DNA from: the human T2T-CHM13v2.0 reference genome, Homo sapiens
Direction: 5' to 3' (one strand)
Assembly (NCBI RefSeq): GCF_009914755.1
Contig: NC_060928.1
Length of the DNA: 64,000 nt
Part shown: positions 12,440-24,783 of the stretch, in pieces
How the letters are laid out: each line of letters begins with the position of its first letter
Numbering within the stretch: the first letter of the stretch is position 1
Position numbers and translations under genes: made by a program
The notes under the pieces: generated by a model
Told to the model about the DNA's origin: nothing
Seen by the model: only the letters and a program-made list of their open reading frames with translations
Database searches by the model: none

Positions 12440-13220
12440 CAGATATTGGCACAATCTCATTTTTAGTTATTAAAACATTGCTCCAATTGAATGTCATAAT
12501 TCCAGTCTCTCAATGCATCCCAGCTCAGATGCAGCCATGAATTCTGCAGTTGAGCCTAGGAGTAAGTAGGTTGCCTCACTGGAGGGACAAGGTTCCCCAA
12601 CTTGTCCCTCCACAACCCCTTCTTTTCTCATCATGCTGCAGCTGGCTGCCCTAGGATGAGGAAAGGGTGGAGGAATGAGAGTGAAAGGACAAGTTCTTAA
12701 GGGACTGGTGCTCTTGCAATATGGAATATGGGCCTTCTGTCATGGCAAATGCCCAAATAAAGTTTCTCTCATGTTGGATTTGAGAATTCCACATTTCCAT
12801 CTTCACCCTCCCCCTTCTCTAACACAATACTGTTTCCTAACCAAGCAATGCATTTTTTTGGCTAACATTTTCCTTACAATTGTCACTCAACTCTTGCCCC
12901 AGTGGTATTCACAGAGGAGCAGGAGTTAGTGTAGCGTTCTTTTCTGATGACTCACACCTGGCTACTTTCCAAGCTATTGCTTCTGGCTTTAGGAAACATT
13001 ACACTTCTTTTGCCCACAGAATTCTTTAAGGTCTGGCCTCTCCCTTGGCAGCTGCAATCTTTGCTCTGAATTTTGAGCAACTCCAATCCTAGACTCTTCT
13101 AGGAAATAATCAATTATGAAGGTCTCGACCAATCACTCTCATATGAACCCAGAGGGTCAGAAACTACTAAGTACTTTGTCCTGTGTTTAAAAATACCTAA
13201 ATTTCTGCAGCTTACCAAAT
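12440..13220 (-). mobile_element. Possible ancient Gypsy-type LTR (MamGypLTR-like)
   Basis: GAGAGTGAAAGGACAAGTTCTTAAGGGACTGGTGCTCTTGCAAT and TTTTAGTTATTAAAAC loosely resemble the reverse complement of recalled MamGypLTR consensus; highly diverged and boundaries uncertain. Confidence 0.35.
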
Positions 13221-13539
13221 AACCAGTTGGATGAGAGGATACGTTTTTATGTTTCTGGAAAGCTGAAAAGCATCCCGTTTTCTACAAGTGACTATCTTAA
13301 ATCAACTACTTCAAAGATTCTTAACATGCCTTGTCATCGGCTTTGTATTCTGGGACAAAACTCCTAGACTATGGGAGAAGTCTCACCTTAACATGTACTT
13401 CACAATAGGTGAGTTACAGTAACTTTAGGAGAGCATATTTAGGATGGTGTTGTTGCTCCCAGAGCTTAAATGCACATACAAAAACCAAGGTGTACTTTAA
13501 TCATGAAATTAGTAACTCTGGGTTAAAATTCTCCATAGG

Positions 13540-14258
13540 GCATCTGGTCCAATTCTACAGGCAATAATTTAATCAATAGTAAAAGAGCTTTAATAAGATT
13601 TTTTCCAACTTGGCTTGAATACCCCTTAGAGACAAATAAATTCTTATATCACAAAGCTGACCAAACCATTTCTGTATAGTTCTAAGTGTTGAAAAGTTTG
13701 AATTTACATCGAGTCAAAATTTACCTATATGTGAATTTCACACAATTTTTCAAATTTATCATCTAAAAACTCATAAAACTTGACCTGAGCTTGGTTTGAC
13801 TTTCTGGAAGAGTCAGTGTCTAGGACTGGAGTTACTTGGAAATCAGAGCAAAAATTGCAGTCATAAAGCTCACTTTTCCTGAGTTTGCTAAGCTGCGAAA
13901 ACTCAGACCTTCTCTCTGAACACAGGGACCAAGTACTTAGGAGTTTGTGTTCCTTAGGGTTTAGGGGTGAGTGAAGTCACTGGTGATTGCCTCTTCCATG
14001 GAAGTGTCAGAGTCTAGTATCGGAGTTTCTTGAAAGTTAGATAAAAGATTGAATCGGAAAACTCACTTATCCATATGGTAGCCCTATAGGTTTTTTGAGA
14101 ACAATGGTCATTTCCCATTTAGACTATTCTTCTTTAAACTAAATTTCCCTCAAATTTTTTCAATTTTTCAATGTATGACAGGTTTTGAAGTTTTCTTACT
14201 ATTTTGGTGACCCTTCTGTTATTATTTTCCAGTTTTTCCAACATTCTACTTATGGTAT
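13540..14258 (-). mobile_element. L3/CR1 LINE remnant in two pieces (about 13540-13765 and 14045-14258)
   Basis: GGCTTGAATACCCC...TTCTAAGTGTTGAAAAGTT...GAGTCAAAAT and TCTTCTTTAAACTAAAT...TATGACAGGTTTT...TTTTGGTGACCCTTCT resemble consecutive parts of antisense L3 consensus. Confidence 0.6.
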
Positions 14259-14278
14259 GTATGGTAGACAGGATTTCT

Positions 14279-14455
14279 TTTTTTTTTTTTTAATATCTAA
14301 GAATGTTATTTTCTTTTTTTTTCTTTTTTTTTATTAAAGTTTTAGGGTACATGTGCACATTGTGCAGGTTAGTTACATATGTATACATGTGCCATGCTGG
14401 TGCGCTGCACCCACCAACTCGTCATCTAGCATTAGGTATATCTCCCAATGCTATC
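14279..14455 (-). mobile_element. Severely 5'-truncated young L1 (L1PA2-type 3' UTR) with double poly(A) tail
   Basis: Exact 18-bp TSD ATGGTAGACAGGATTTCT (14261-14278 / 14456-14473). The sense 3' UTR reads GATAGCATTGGGAGATATACCTAATGCTAGATGACGAG..., with GAG rather than the L1HS ACA/ACG diagnostic. Confidence 0.93.
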
Positions 14456-15129
14456 ATGGTAGACAGGATTTCTAATAATGCCAGAAAGAATGAAACAGAA
14501 AACCACTTCTGTTAAAAGTTAACTTCAAAACAAGAGTAAAATCATGACTCCTGTAGATATAAAAATGAATACATGTTAAAGATTTCATATAATCAATAAG
14601 GACATCAGGCAGGCATTTTTACTGTTTCAAAAAAAATCTAAAGAAGAGATAGATTTATAGAACAGAAATATTGAAAAGAAGGCACAGTTATAGACAAAAC
14701 TGCTGTCTTGTTTTTGTTTTTCATTGTGGTGGGAGGAGTCAGATAACCAGAAGAGTGGCTGGAGTCTAGATAATGCAAAGTTCTCCACTGAAGCACAGGT
14801 ATCTTTCCTACATTTCCTTGCTCTAGATACTAGTCTTTAAAATTCACAGGATAATGATAAATATATAACCCAATACTTGATAGTTGTAAAATTGCCATAC
14901 AGCTTTAAAAAGTTTCTTTGTATTATAAGGTTTAATATAATATGCCAATAAACACTGAGGTTAGTCTTATGTAAAAAAGAGGAGGTGTTGAAAGTTTGCC
15001 CTTCTGTGGCATATCTTAAATGATCAATAGTTTGCTAATTGTATCTTCTCTTTCAAGTTTTCAATATTTCATGGTCTCTGGATTTACCAGTTTCAAATTA
15101 GTTAACAAATTCAAGTTCACTGAAAAAAT

Positions 15130-16345
15130 ACCAACTTAATTCATAAGTCTGCTATATGCATAACATACAAAATAAGTAAAAAATACAGATTTTTGTAGAT
15201 AAATTATATTTTAGTTGAACAGAACAAGGGGAAGATACATACAAATATATTAAAGACAAAGCATACCTCATTTAAAGGCAAAAAAGCTATTGGATTTTTA
15301 AAAATGAGTTAATATGTTAGGTTAGAATAATCAGAAACGACTTAATGAGAAAATTGGATTTTCACAAATTATAACAAGATACAGAGTACTCAAGGAGAAG
15401 GAAACAAAAAGTATGGATTCTAGATTAGAATAACTGGAAATATTGCTCAGTCATTCAAGGGTCTTAATTGTCAAGTTAATTAATTTGTATTTAATTCTTA
15501 AAACATAACTATTAGAATTTTTAAAAAATGTTATTTACATAATAAGAACAATTCTGTGATTTAATCTAACATAGCTATGAAGGTTAGATTGGAAAGCACA
15601 GAGACTTAGATAAGAAGACCACTAGAAAGTAAAATTTATGTGACTTGACAGCAATTTTTTTTTCTTTTGGCTATGGAGCAAGAAGGGATAGGAGTAGAGA
15701 AGGGAGAGAAAATAATGAAAGATGATTCCAACTTTTCCAATGTAGGTAAAAATCTCTATTAGCTTCCTAGGGCTGCTATAACCAATTACCATAACTGGTA
15801 GCCTAAAACAACATAAATTTATTCTCTAACTGGTCTGAAGTCTAGAAATCCCAAGTCCTGGTGTCAGCAGGGACATGCTTCCTCTGAAAGCTCTAGGGAA
15901 GAACCTTTACTAGCCTCTTCCTAGCTGTTGGTGACTCCTGCAATCTTTGGCTCCCTTGGTTTGTAGCAGCATCATCAATCTCTGTCTCTATCTTCACATG
16001 GCCTTCTTCTTTGTGTTTCTCTTCTGTATCTCTGCGCATCCACTTCTTATAAGGACACCAGTCATCGGATTTTTAAGACTCACCCTAATCCAGTTTGAGT
16101 TCCTCTTGATTCTTCACTATCTGCAAAAACTGTCTCCAAATAATATCACCTTCTGTGGTTCTTGGTATACATCAATTTTTGGTAGACACTAATTCAATCC
16201 ACTATGGGTAACCTGGAAAAACATGGTTTCATGACTTCGAATAAATGTTCTGCTCTGTTCTCTTAGAAAAGCAGTTATTTGTGAAGGTAAATTCAGATTA
16301 AGTTTCGAGGAGCCAGATTTGTGAATGGGAAAGTCTGGAGTAGAC
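15130..16345 (-). mobile_element. L2 remnant interrupted by an MLT1 LTR
   Basis: Purine-rich L2-like antisense body: AAGATGATTCCAACTT...GGTAA | GGGTAACCTGG...AAGTTTCGAGGAGCC. Confidence 0.5.
15755..16206 (-). mobile_element. MaLR solo LTR, MLT1C-like
   Basis: TCTATTAGCTTCCTAGGGCTGCTATAACCAATTACCA...CTTATAAGGACACCAGTCAT...AATTCAATCCACTATG. Confidence 0.88.
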
Positions 16346-16522
16346 CAACTCTTGGCTATTAAATGCAGAGCCAAAGATAATAATAACAATAATAATAATA
16401 ATATTAATAATAAAAGATGGAGTCAGTAGTAAAATTTAAATTATGAAAAAAGAAGACATTCTACACAAAGGTTTGGTCTGAATTAGTGAAGCAAAAAGGC
16501 AGAAACCAGGTAAGAAATCAAG

Positions 16523-17027
16523 TGTCTTGGCTCCCCAGATATTACCAACTCAGTCCATTGCTAAGGCAAAGCTGAGTTTATTGCTTACTCTGTAAGGAGG
16601 AATACCACCTCCACAGAGCTTTGGCAGTATCTCAAAGCAGGAGAAGGTGAGGTCATAATTTATTGAAAATGAGAAGTTTGGTTTAAGTTGGATCTTCCAA
16701 TGCAGGGACTTGATTAGGATCGCATAATGATCACATATAACAGTCAAAGACTGCTGGAAACAGCAACATGAGGATTTTGAAGAGAGGAAATTAAAGAATC
16801 TTAGGGCTCAAATTATTGATGCTTTCCATTGAAAAGTTGATAGGTCTTTCAGAAAGTTCTTGGAATTAACAGGCAGATCATTTACCTGTGCAACAGTCTC
16901 CAGGGAAAGTAAAATTATGCTAATGAAGACAGTGTAATAGCAAACTCCTGTTAATGTGGACAATAAAGTGTGATTTCTGTTCTCTGTGCCCTTTCTGAGT
17001 GTGGAGGTAGACAGTTTCCAGTCTTCA
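16523..17027 (-). mobile_element. ERV1 solo LTR, MER90a-like
   Basis: TGTC...GGCTCCCCAGATATTACCAAC...AAAGCTGAGTTTATTGCTTACT...GATGCTTTCCATTGAAAAGTTGAT...GAGTGTGGAGGTAGA...GTCTTCA; TG...CA termini. Confidence 0.75.
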
Positions 17028-17332
17028 CCGGAAACAGAGACACAAAGTCACAGCTAGTATGTATGGAATAAGGAGCTAGAAAAAAAATCTAGGTGAATTC
17101 TTTGAGGTGCAGACCACAGAGCCTAAGATAAATTTTTGTTATGCTTTCATTTTATTAAAAAGATGTCTGCAACCTTGGCTAAGGGTTAAAAAGGAGTTGT
17201 GAGTGTATACAAATTTTGAAACAGTAATAATAAATCCAAGAAAGAAATGGTAATAAAATTCAGAAATGTAAGGCTTTAGGAAATACTATATTGTTTTATT
17301 TAAAAATAAACTGGGTGGTTTCCATGAAGGGT

Positions 17333-17674
17333 TATGGTAGACATTACTAAAGCTTCCTGATAGCCAATTCTCTTCTTTGTGGATTTGTGAAACACTATAC
17401 TTACCAGTCCTCTTTCAAACAGGCAAAGCCATGTGATTAGTTATGACAATAGCTTGTGAGTGGAAATTACTTCCATGTGTCACTTCTGGATGGAGGCAAT
17501 GAAAATCTGTTGCATGATCCTACTCATTCTTTTTCAACCACTTAGACTATGGTGGCTATATATGGAGATTCTGGAGCCACAGGATAAAACCAGTCTAGAT
17601 CTCTGACTCATTTGGAAGGGAGCTGCCCTGGAGAGCCTTGCAGCTGACTTCCTGTAGGCAAGAAATACACTCCT

Positions 17675-17710
<36 letters not shown>

Positions 17711-17766
17711 CCAATAGAGTTTTGGAATTTATTTATTCCTGCATTATATCCTATCCTAAATAATAC
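17333..17766 (+). mobile_element. MLT1 LTR (MLT1I/J-like) containing a (GT)n repeat
   Basis: GCCATGTGATTAGTT...GTGAGTGGAAAT...TGTGTCACTTCTGGATGGAGGC...GGAAGGGAGCTGCCCTGGAGAGCC...TAATAC. Confidence 0.7.
17677..17707. repeat. (GT)n microsatellite, about 15 units
   Basis: Direct reading. Confidence 0.95.
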
Positions 17767-19264
17767 TTGTGGTAATACTATACAGAAAATTTTAAGTGAA
17801 ATGAAGAAATGATAACAAAGTGGGTGAAAAAAATCATAAATAATTGTTTGAAGGACCTTGATGATAAAGAAAAAAAGGGGAAGGAGAGGTGTTTTCAAGG
17901 TTCTAGAAGAAAAAGTACATTTTTCATATTTTATCTAATTTAAAAAAATTGGATGACAGCATACTAAGACATTCAGAATTAACTTTTCAGATTTTTAGGA
18001 TCATAAAATTAGCCCTTTCCATCAGATAATGTCACTCTTTACCTTCTGATCCCCAGGACTCATATTAAAATTCATATGTTTGGTGATTTGCCAGGAATTT
18101 GACCTTATAGCCAGGAGTTTGATCTCATTGAAACTAAAAGCCTATATTACATCACGTTACTCTTTGAAAAAATGTTCTCTGCCCCTCTATCCTCTAGATT
18201 ATTGAAATATATTTTGATAGTATTTAACATAAGACATAGTTTAAATTATTTTTAATTTATCATAGACTATTTCCTTGATAAATTGTTTTCATACTTTTTC
18301 TATCAATTGCCAGTTAAGTACAATGTGTTCTCATAATTCCAGGAAGTAGTGTTACGGCTGTCAGAAATGATGTGTTGCATAATCAGTAACAGTAAATAGA
18401 CTAAATCTTTGAAGCCATTCCTGCTGGAAGGTGTATAAGAATATCCACTGGAAAGTGCCAAAGTATACCTGCCAACAACTGAAGCCTAGGAGTTGAAAGA
18501 ATTAGGGAGATAAATAAGGAAATGTGCTATAACTGTCTTGAAATATTGAAATGTTAGACTGGGAGGGCATTGTGAAAGTACACAGTGATCTCTTGTTTTA
18601 TGTGGCAAAGTGTTCTGTTGAGGAGAAAAGTTATCTACGATTAACCCACTTTTACTGCTAAGTCCTGAGAATGTGTTTTGTAAAAATGTGTCAATATGAG
18701 AGAAAAAGAACGCTCTGCTAATCAAAGCCCAGTGTATGGTAAGTATTCAATACATTTTTGGTAATAAAGGAAGTAAAAATGAAATAATATAGTCACTGAG
18801 CAGTTGGTCTAGAAAATGAAAACTTATCTTTTAGTATCATTTAGAAAAGGCTTTCCTCTAGAGTTCTTGTCTTCATTGTAAAAGCTTGGGCTGTTAGTGG
18901 ATAATCTCTCCTGGAGAAAAACGGAGCCAGAGTGTTAGGTTGAGGCTCACGTTGTAAATAACTGAGCTGGATTTGGGAATGGGAATGTGGGTCACATGAA
19001 TGGTGACAGTTGGCTTAAGTGGCTGAGCCAAGTTGGGACTATGATTTGAGTGACAGTCTTGGGAAGAAGCCAAAGCAGAAATAAGGCAGATATCCAAAAG
19101 AATCACCAGACATTCTCCCTGAAAATGAAAAGAAATTAGGTTAAGGCAATGGAGCAGAAAATAGGAAAAACCTAAGAGAGAGGATGAATACTGGGACCCA
19201 GACAAATTCTTGGAAATGAAGAGTAAAAATTGCAATCACTTCTTAGAAGGTAAAGTAAATGTGC

Positions 19265-19960
19265 TGTGGCAGAGACTGCTAGCACTATCCTTACTTCGTT
19301 GGTATTAACAACCTTACTGCTAGATGGACATATTGCAGTCCAGGAAAAATTGAGGACATGCCTCATCCTCTCTTGTAGCTAGTTAAGGCTGAGTGCCTAA
19401 ATTTTACCCAATAAACTGTAGTAAAAATGGTTGTGTGACACTTAGAGAAAATATACTTAAAAATACGTAATTCAAAGAAAATAGACTTTAAAAACACACA
19501 CACACGTTGTACACAAAACACACACACACACACGCACACATGCACATACACAAACACACATATTCCCTTACAATACAAAATACAAAATAAAAATAAAATA
19601 CAAAATAAATAGAAAAAATAAAACATATTTTAAATTTTATTTATTTAAATTTTATTTTAATTTCATATTTAAATGGTTATTTAAATATTAAAAAAATACA
19701 AAAAAAATACAAAATAGAATAGCTATGACAAGCTCCAGCAACCATTTTGGATCATGGGTCTGGAGAAGGCAGAGTAGAAAGTAAAATGAACTTAGGTCTA
19801 TAAGGACTTCATGAAGTTTCCATTGCTAACTCTGACTTGCTTATCTCTGGATCTGTTTTACTTAAATATATATCTATATCTATATCTATATCTATATCTA
19901 TATCTTATTCAAGCTTCTGTTATTTGATTCTATGTTACTAGAAATACAGAGCCTGATTGA
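19265..19960 (+). mobile_element. MLT1J-like LTR with low-complexity (CA)n/A-rich block in the middle and a (TATATC)n repeat
   Basis: TGTGGCAGAGACTGCTAG...CTCTCTTGTAGCTAG...AGCTCCAGCAACCATTTTGGATCATG...TTCAAGCTTCTGTTATTTG; the simple repeats lie at 19493-19720 and 19867-19904. Confidence 0.7.
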
Positions 19961-20577
19961 CCTGGAGTTACAGCTCCATTTTTGTCTCTAAAAATGGAGT
20001 TGCCTTGAATATAATAGAAATTTTATAGAAATTTCTATATATAGAAATATAATAGAAAATTTTCAGAGACACATCTAAGTGGGAGCTTGACAAACACTGA
20101 TAGTGACTCACAATGCTGAGCACTCACTAAGGCGCTACAATACTTGAAATTTTTAATTGGTTTTGTGTCACAGTGCAAAGCAGAATGTATTTTGTAATGG
20201 TAGTTTTTTAATATATTTTGGTGAATTGATGATAATCATCCTATGATTTAGATAGCAAGAAACTTTGACCAACCCTCTAGTTTTTCAGATAAAGAGACTG
20301 ATTAAGATCTTGACCAAAGGAAGATAAAAATCCAATTTATAGTAGAAATGAAACTAGCAACTAGGTATAGTGATTTTCACTCTATTATCTTTCTATTCTA
20401 TTGCAATGCCAGTATATCAAAAGGGACAAAATTGTCTTTGCTTTTGTCAAGATGTAACTGTATAAGGGCTCTCACTGACCACAGAGACTGTCTGGTATAT
20501 ATTTTGAAGGCCTAAAAAGTTCTCCTTTGAAAAACACAGAGTAATTAAAATTTTTGAATTTTTATTTTGGGAAGTTT

Positions 20578-20915
<338 letters not shown>

Positions 20916-21065
20916 TATTTTGGGAAGTTTCTATAATTTACATCCCCACCAGAACTATACTTTCATACTGACCTTAAAACACAAATAGCACCCCATACTA
21001 ATATGTTTAAAAGTTTTTTGCTAGTGTACAGAGCATCTAGATGATTCTAACATATATGCAGAAAT

Positions 21066-21630
21066 CAGAAGTGGATTCAGATTTTGTGCAGACCTGGACT
21101 TATACAATTTGGAGGCATTCTCTTTAAAAGAAAACAAAATTACAAAAATGAAACTGGATAATAAACTCCATTTTTGTATAGAAAGAGAAAAGAAATCACA
21201 TGAAACATAAACTTTTAAAAAGTGACAAATTCCACAAACATTATACAATTGAGAAAAATAATACACTATTTTAATAAACTGACCATCTGACACATCCTTC
21301 TATTAAATTTCTCCTACATTAATTTGATGTATAGCTAAATTCACCTCTTCCTGTGACTCAATTTTGTAATAACACCTGCTAGAATAGAGAAATAATTATA
21401 CAGAGAAAAGAGAAATTGCTCATTTTTTTCTATAGCATGGTGGGTCAAAGTTTACTTATTATTGGTGGGTTAGAAATGATGTTTCAGTTTTTCAACTTGT
21501 TATTGGCAATATGTTGTAAATTTTTAGGATTGTGATAACATTGAAGGAAACCTCCATCTTGTTTATTTCAAATGTGAACTGTATGATTTCAGGACATTTC
21601 AACTTTTCTTGTGCCGTGACTCATTTTCAC
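21066..21630. mobile_element. hAT-Tip100 DNA transposon remnant, Zaphod/MER115-like
   Basis: GTGGATTCAGATTTTGTG...CTTATACAATTTGGAGGCATTCTCTTTAA...GAAAAGAAATCACA...TGTAAATTTTTAGGATTGT...GATTTCAGGACATTTCAA matches recalled Zaphod consensus. Confidence 0.7.
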
Positions 21631-22037
21631 CAGAATGTCAAAGTCATTCATTGACGTGTCAACGCTTTTATTGTAGCTGCATGATGTGAGTTGCATATTA
21701 CTTTGTACTAATGTTAGTTAGTGTTTCATGTTAAATCAACAAGAAATTAATAAGACCATGAATAGCTATGACATGGGCAAACTTATTTTAGGCCAAAGAA
21801 AGAGCATTAACAAAGTCATGGTCTGGCAATTGTAAGGCACCCAGTTAGAAGAGAACATGTGTAGAGTAGGGCGCCACTGGGTGATTCCATCAGAAAAGTG
21901 TGTTGAAGCCAAATTGAGAGGTGGAACGTAGTATCAAATGCCGGTAAATAGTTGTGAACAGACTGTATTGCCTGTAAGTTAAGTAACTAAAGGCCTGTTA
22001 GTAGATCACAAAGACAACAAAAGGTAATATAATGCAC

Positions 22038-22263
22038 TGTTAAGATCATGAGAAAGTGAAAAACTGGCTCAGCTGGCAGACCATCCATGGTGTTCCTAAC
22101 TCACATAAACAATGCTCAGACAAGAAAAGTTGACTCTGCAACCATAAAAGGGACTAAACAGCCCCCTGTTCTGATTAACATGAGAGATTGCAGCTTCTTT
22201 ACAAAGGCAATTGTATCTCTGCTTTAATTCTTCCGGCTTTTAGATAAAAAGTATTAAGATACC
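22038..22263 (+). mobile_element. ERV1 LTR fragment (MER67-like)
   Basis: GTGAAAAACTGG...ACTAAACAGCCCCCTGTTCTGATTAACATGAGAGATTGCAGCTTCTTTAC...TAGATAA...ATTAAGATACC; family name uncertain. Confidence 0.45.
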
Positions 22264-22269
22264 TGGGAT

Positions 22270-22637
22270 CTATCGCAGTGTTCACACCGAAACCACATTT
22301 TCCCTGGGATACCCTCAGTCAGTGACTGAATGTGGCAGAGGCACTGGAGTTGAGATATTTCTGCCTGATGTGAAGCCCTTCTGATAGACAATGCAATTTC
22401 CCCACTGGCCTGGCCAAGATTTTCTCAAAGCAGCACTGCAGTCAGAGGTTCTTTCTACCCAATCCTCCTGCCAATCTCCTTTCACAAATGTCAGACCAAC
22501 AGAGTAGTCTGTAGGCTCTCACTGCCCACTCCTGCTTCCTCTTTTCTTTATTTTTTTCATGATGTTTCTTTTAATAAATTTCTTGCACTTCTAATTCCAA
22601 CTTGGTGTCTGCTTTCTGAAGGACCTAATCTGATGCA
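22270..22637 (+). mobile_element. LTR16A-like 5' LTR (partial)
   Basis: CCCCACTGGCCTGGCCAAGA...CACTGCAGTCAGAGG..CTTTCTACCCAATCCTCC...AATAAATTTCTTGCACTTCTAATTCCAACTTGGTGTCTGCTT...GGACCTAATCTGATGCA. Confidence 0.75.
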
Positions 22638-23804
22638 GTTAGTATTGAACATGGACTGAGAGAGCAGGAAGAAGGATGAGGGTCTGTGGACCGATCATTC
22701 ATTGCCTAATTGGTATAAAGGATACTGCCGCAAGTGGTATGAGGGTTGCAGATAATTATTGGCACAGGTTGGTGGCCCGACATCTGAATATTTCACCAGA
22801 GGTTACATGGGACATGTCCTGGCCATTGTGGTGATTCTGACATTTAAAATATTTGGGGGAGTAGTGTATATGTAAACACGGATGTGGAAAATATTCCCAA
22901 TGTGTGACACTTTGAGTGGTGAAGCTGGGCCTCCACTTTTGTGGAAAGAGAAGTACCCCAGAGAAACAAGGCATGAAAACTTTCACCAGTGGCTAATGTC
23001 CTGGCCAGAAAAGTACTGGAAAGAAAAGTATTAAAAAATCAGAGATAGAGAAATGGGTGGTAGAGGCATGCAGGTGGGTATATAGGAATGGGCATGAAGT
23101 GTGAAGATATTTTGAAAAGCACACATTTGTGCCCACCAGAAAGCATCCACCATGGAAAAGGCACTGAACAATTATGTGAGCCAAGTGACTTGACCAGACT
23201 TTGTCAACAGCCATTCAAGAACTGGCACAATGGACTCACAGATAAGGTGAGCATCATGGCAGAAATGGAAAATATGCATGTGCCCAAACTGTACAGATTC
23301 TCACTTACCAAAACTAACCTACTGCTGCCTCTGAATATCTAACTTGCCAGCAATGGAGACTGATGCTGAACCCCCAATATGGCACCGTTTCTCAAGTAGA
23401 ACATGCAGATGATTTTCCACCATAGGTGGAAGGCCCCATCATCTTTGAAGGGCCAGAATTCATCCTTATGGAAATAGCTACCTATTTTGGGTAGAGGTTT
23501 TTTTTCCCGCCTTCAGAGTCTTAGCCAACGTCACTATTTGGAGGCTTACAGAGTACTTGATCCACGGGTAGTAAATCTCACAACACATATCATCCGACCA
23601 ATGAAGGGAAGTTTGACAGTAGGCCCATTTTTTATGGAATCCACTGATTGTATCACATAGCACACAACCATAAGCAGCTGGCCTCATAAACTCCTGGAAT
23701 GGCTTTTTGAATGTGTATCTGAAGTGTCAGCTTACAGGCAATAGTCTCCAAGGGAAGTGTTTCACCCTCTGGGATGCAGTATATGTGACAAATTAGAGAC
23801 TTCT
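22638..23804 (+). mobile_element. HERV16-like (ERVL) internal remnant: leader/gag start joined to RNase H-integrase region
   Basis: Leader-like sequence directly after the LTR, then ERVL pol-like motifs: GCCCACCAGAAAGCATCCACCATGGAA (AHQKASTME), CTCACTTACCAAAACTAACCT, TGCCAGCAATGGAGACTGATGCTGAACCCCCAATATGGCACC (CQQWRLMLNPQYGT) and GAATGGCTTTTTGAA. No intact frame. Confidence 0.75.
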
Positions 23805-23912
23805 TGCTATGGTGTGAATGGTTGTCCCCTCTGAAACTCATGTTGAAATTTTATCTGCAATGTATCAATATTAAGAAGTGGGGACTTTCGAAGTTAATTG
23901 GGTGATAAAGGC
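23805..23912 (+). mobile_element. MSTC/MSTD-like LTR 5' fragment
   Basis: TGCTATGGTGTGAATGGTTGTCCCCTCTGAAACTCATGTTGAAATTT...ATTAAGAAGTGGGGACTTT. Confidence 0.7.
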
Positions 23913-24147
23913 CTACCTAGGACCTGGGAAGAGAGAAGCTGAAAGATTGTTTTTAGGAAGCTTTGTTATATGGCGTGTGGCCACCCCTTCAGTAAGATCT
24001 ATATTATTATTAGAACTTTTGGAATTTGATATGCTTATATTTGTTTGTTTAGTAATGTCACAGCACAGCCAAGGTTGGCCCAGTGACATTCAGGTTTCAC
24101 ATGTATGCATGTATATGAGAAGAGTGGAATAGTGACAAGGTAGTGTG

Positions 24148-24370
24148 TACGCTTACTTTGTGCAGGCATGTTAAAATTGCTTCACATGTATTATCTCATT
24201 TCACTCCCACAACAACTGTCAAAATTAAAAAATTACTCTTATTACCACCATTTTAACAAGTAAGAAATTGAGATAAAGAGTTTTCCTAATGTGCCCAGCA
24301 TCACACAGCTGTTAAACAGTGCAGCAAGTATTCAACTTTAGCTTGACTCTGGAGCCTGTATTACCTATGC
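24148..24370 (-). mobile_element. MIR SINE
   Basis: CATGTATTATCTCATTTCACTCCCACAACAAC...CATTTTAACAAGTAAGAAATTGAG...GCCCAGCATCACACAGCT...TGACTCTGGAGCC. Confidence 0.8.
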
Positions 24371-24594
24371 ATTACTTGCAAGAAGATAGAGAAACACAGC
24401 AGGAATACATCCTTAATGCAGAGAAGTTCTGAATTATCACGTGCTCATGATAAGATCTACTCTACTAATCTGCTCTATTACAGGGACATGCATCACAAAT
24501 TAAATGAAGCAGGGAGGATTATGATATTCTTTATGTGAATTAGTTCTGTCTTTCTCTTCCCTAAATATAAATCTCAGCACTCCGTGTGAATTCA

Positions 24595-24783
24595 GGAGCT
24601 TTGGAGGCAGACAAGGCCTGAGTGTGAATTTTGGCATGTTAGTAGCCGTGAGAACTGCAGTGAGATATTATTTCCTTGTTCTTAAAACTACTGATAATAG
24701 TATTTATTTTACAGGTTGTATTTATGTTAAGATAATGTATATGAAAAGGTCTAGTGTATCTATAATAAGGGTTCAATATATTT
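24595..24783 (+). mobile_element. MIR SINE (diverged)
   Basis: GCTTTGGAGGCAGACA..CCTGAGTGTGAAT...GATAATAGTA...ACAGGTTGT...GATAATGTATATGAAA. Confidence 0.6.

Noticed and set aside
13954-13967. TTAGGGTTTAGGGG telomere-like motif
   Set aside because: Only two imperfect units, which is expected by chance.
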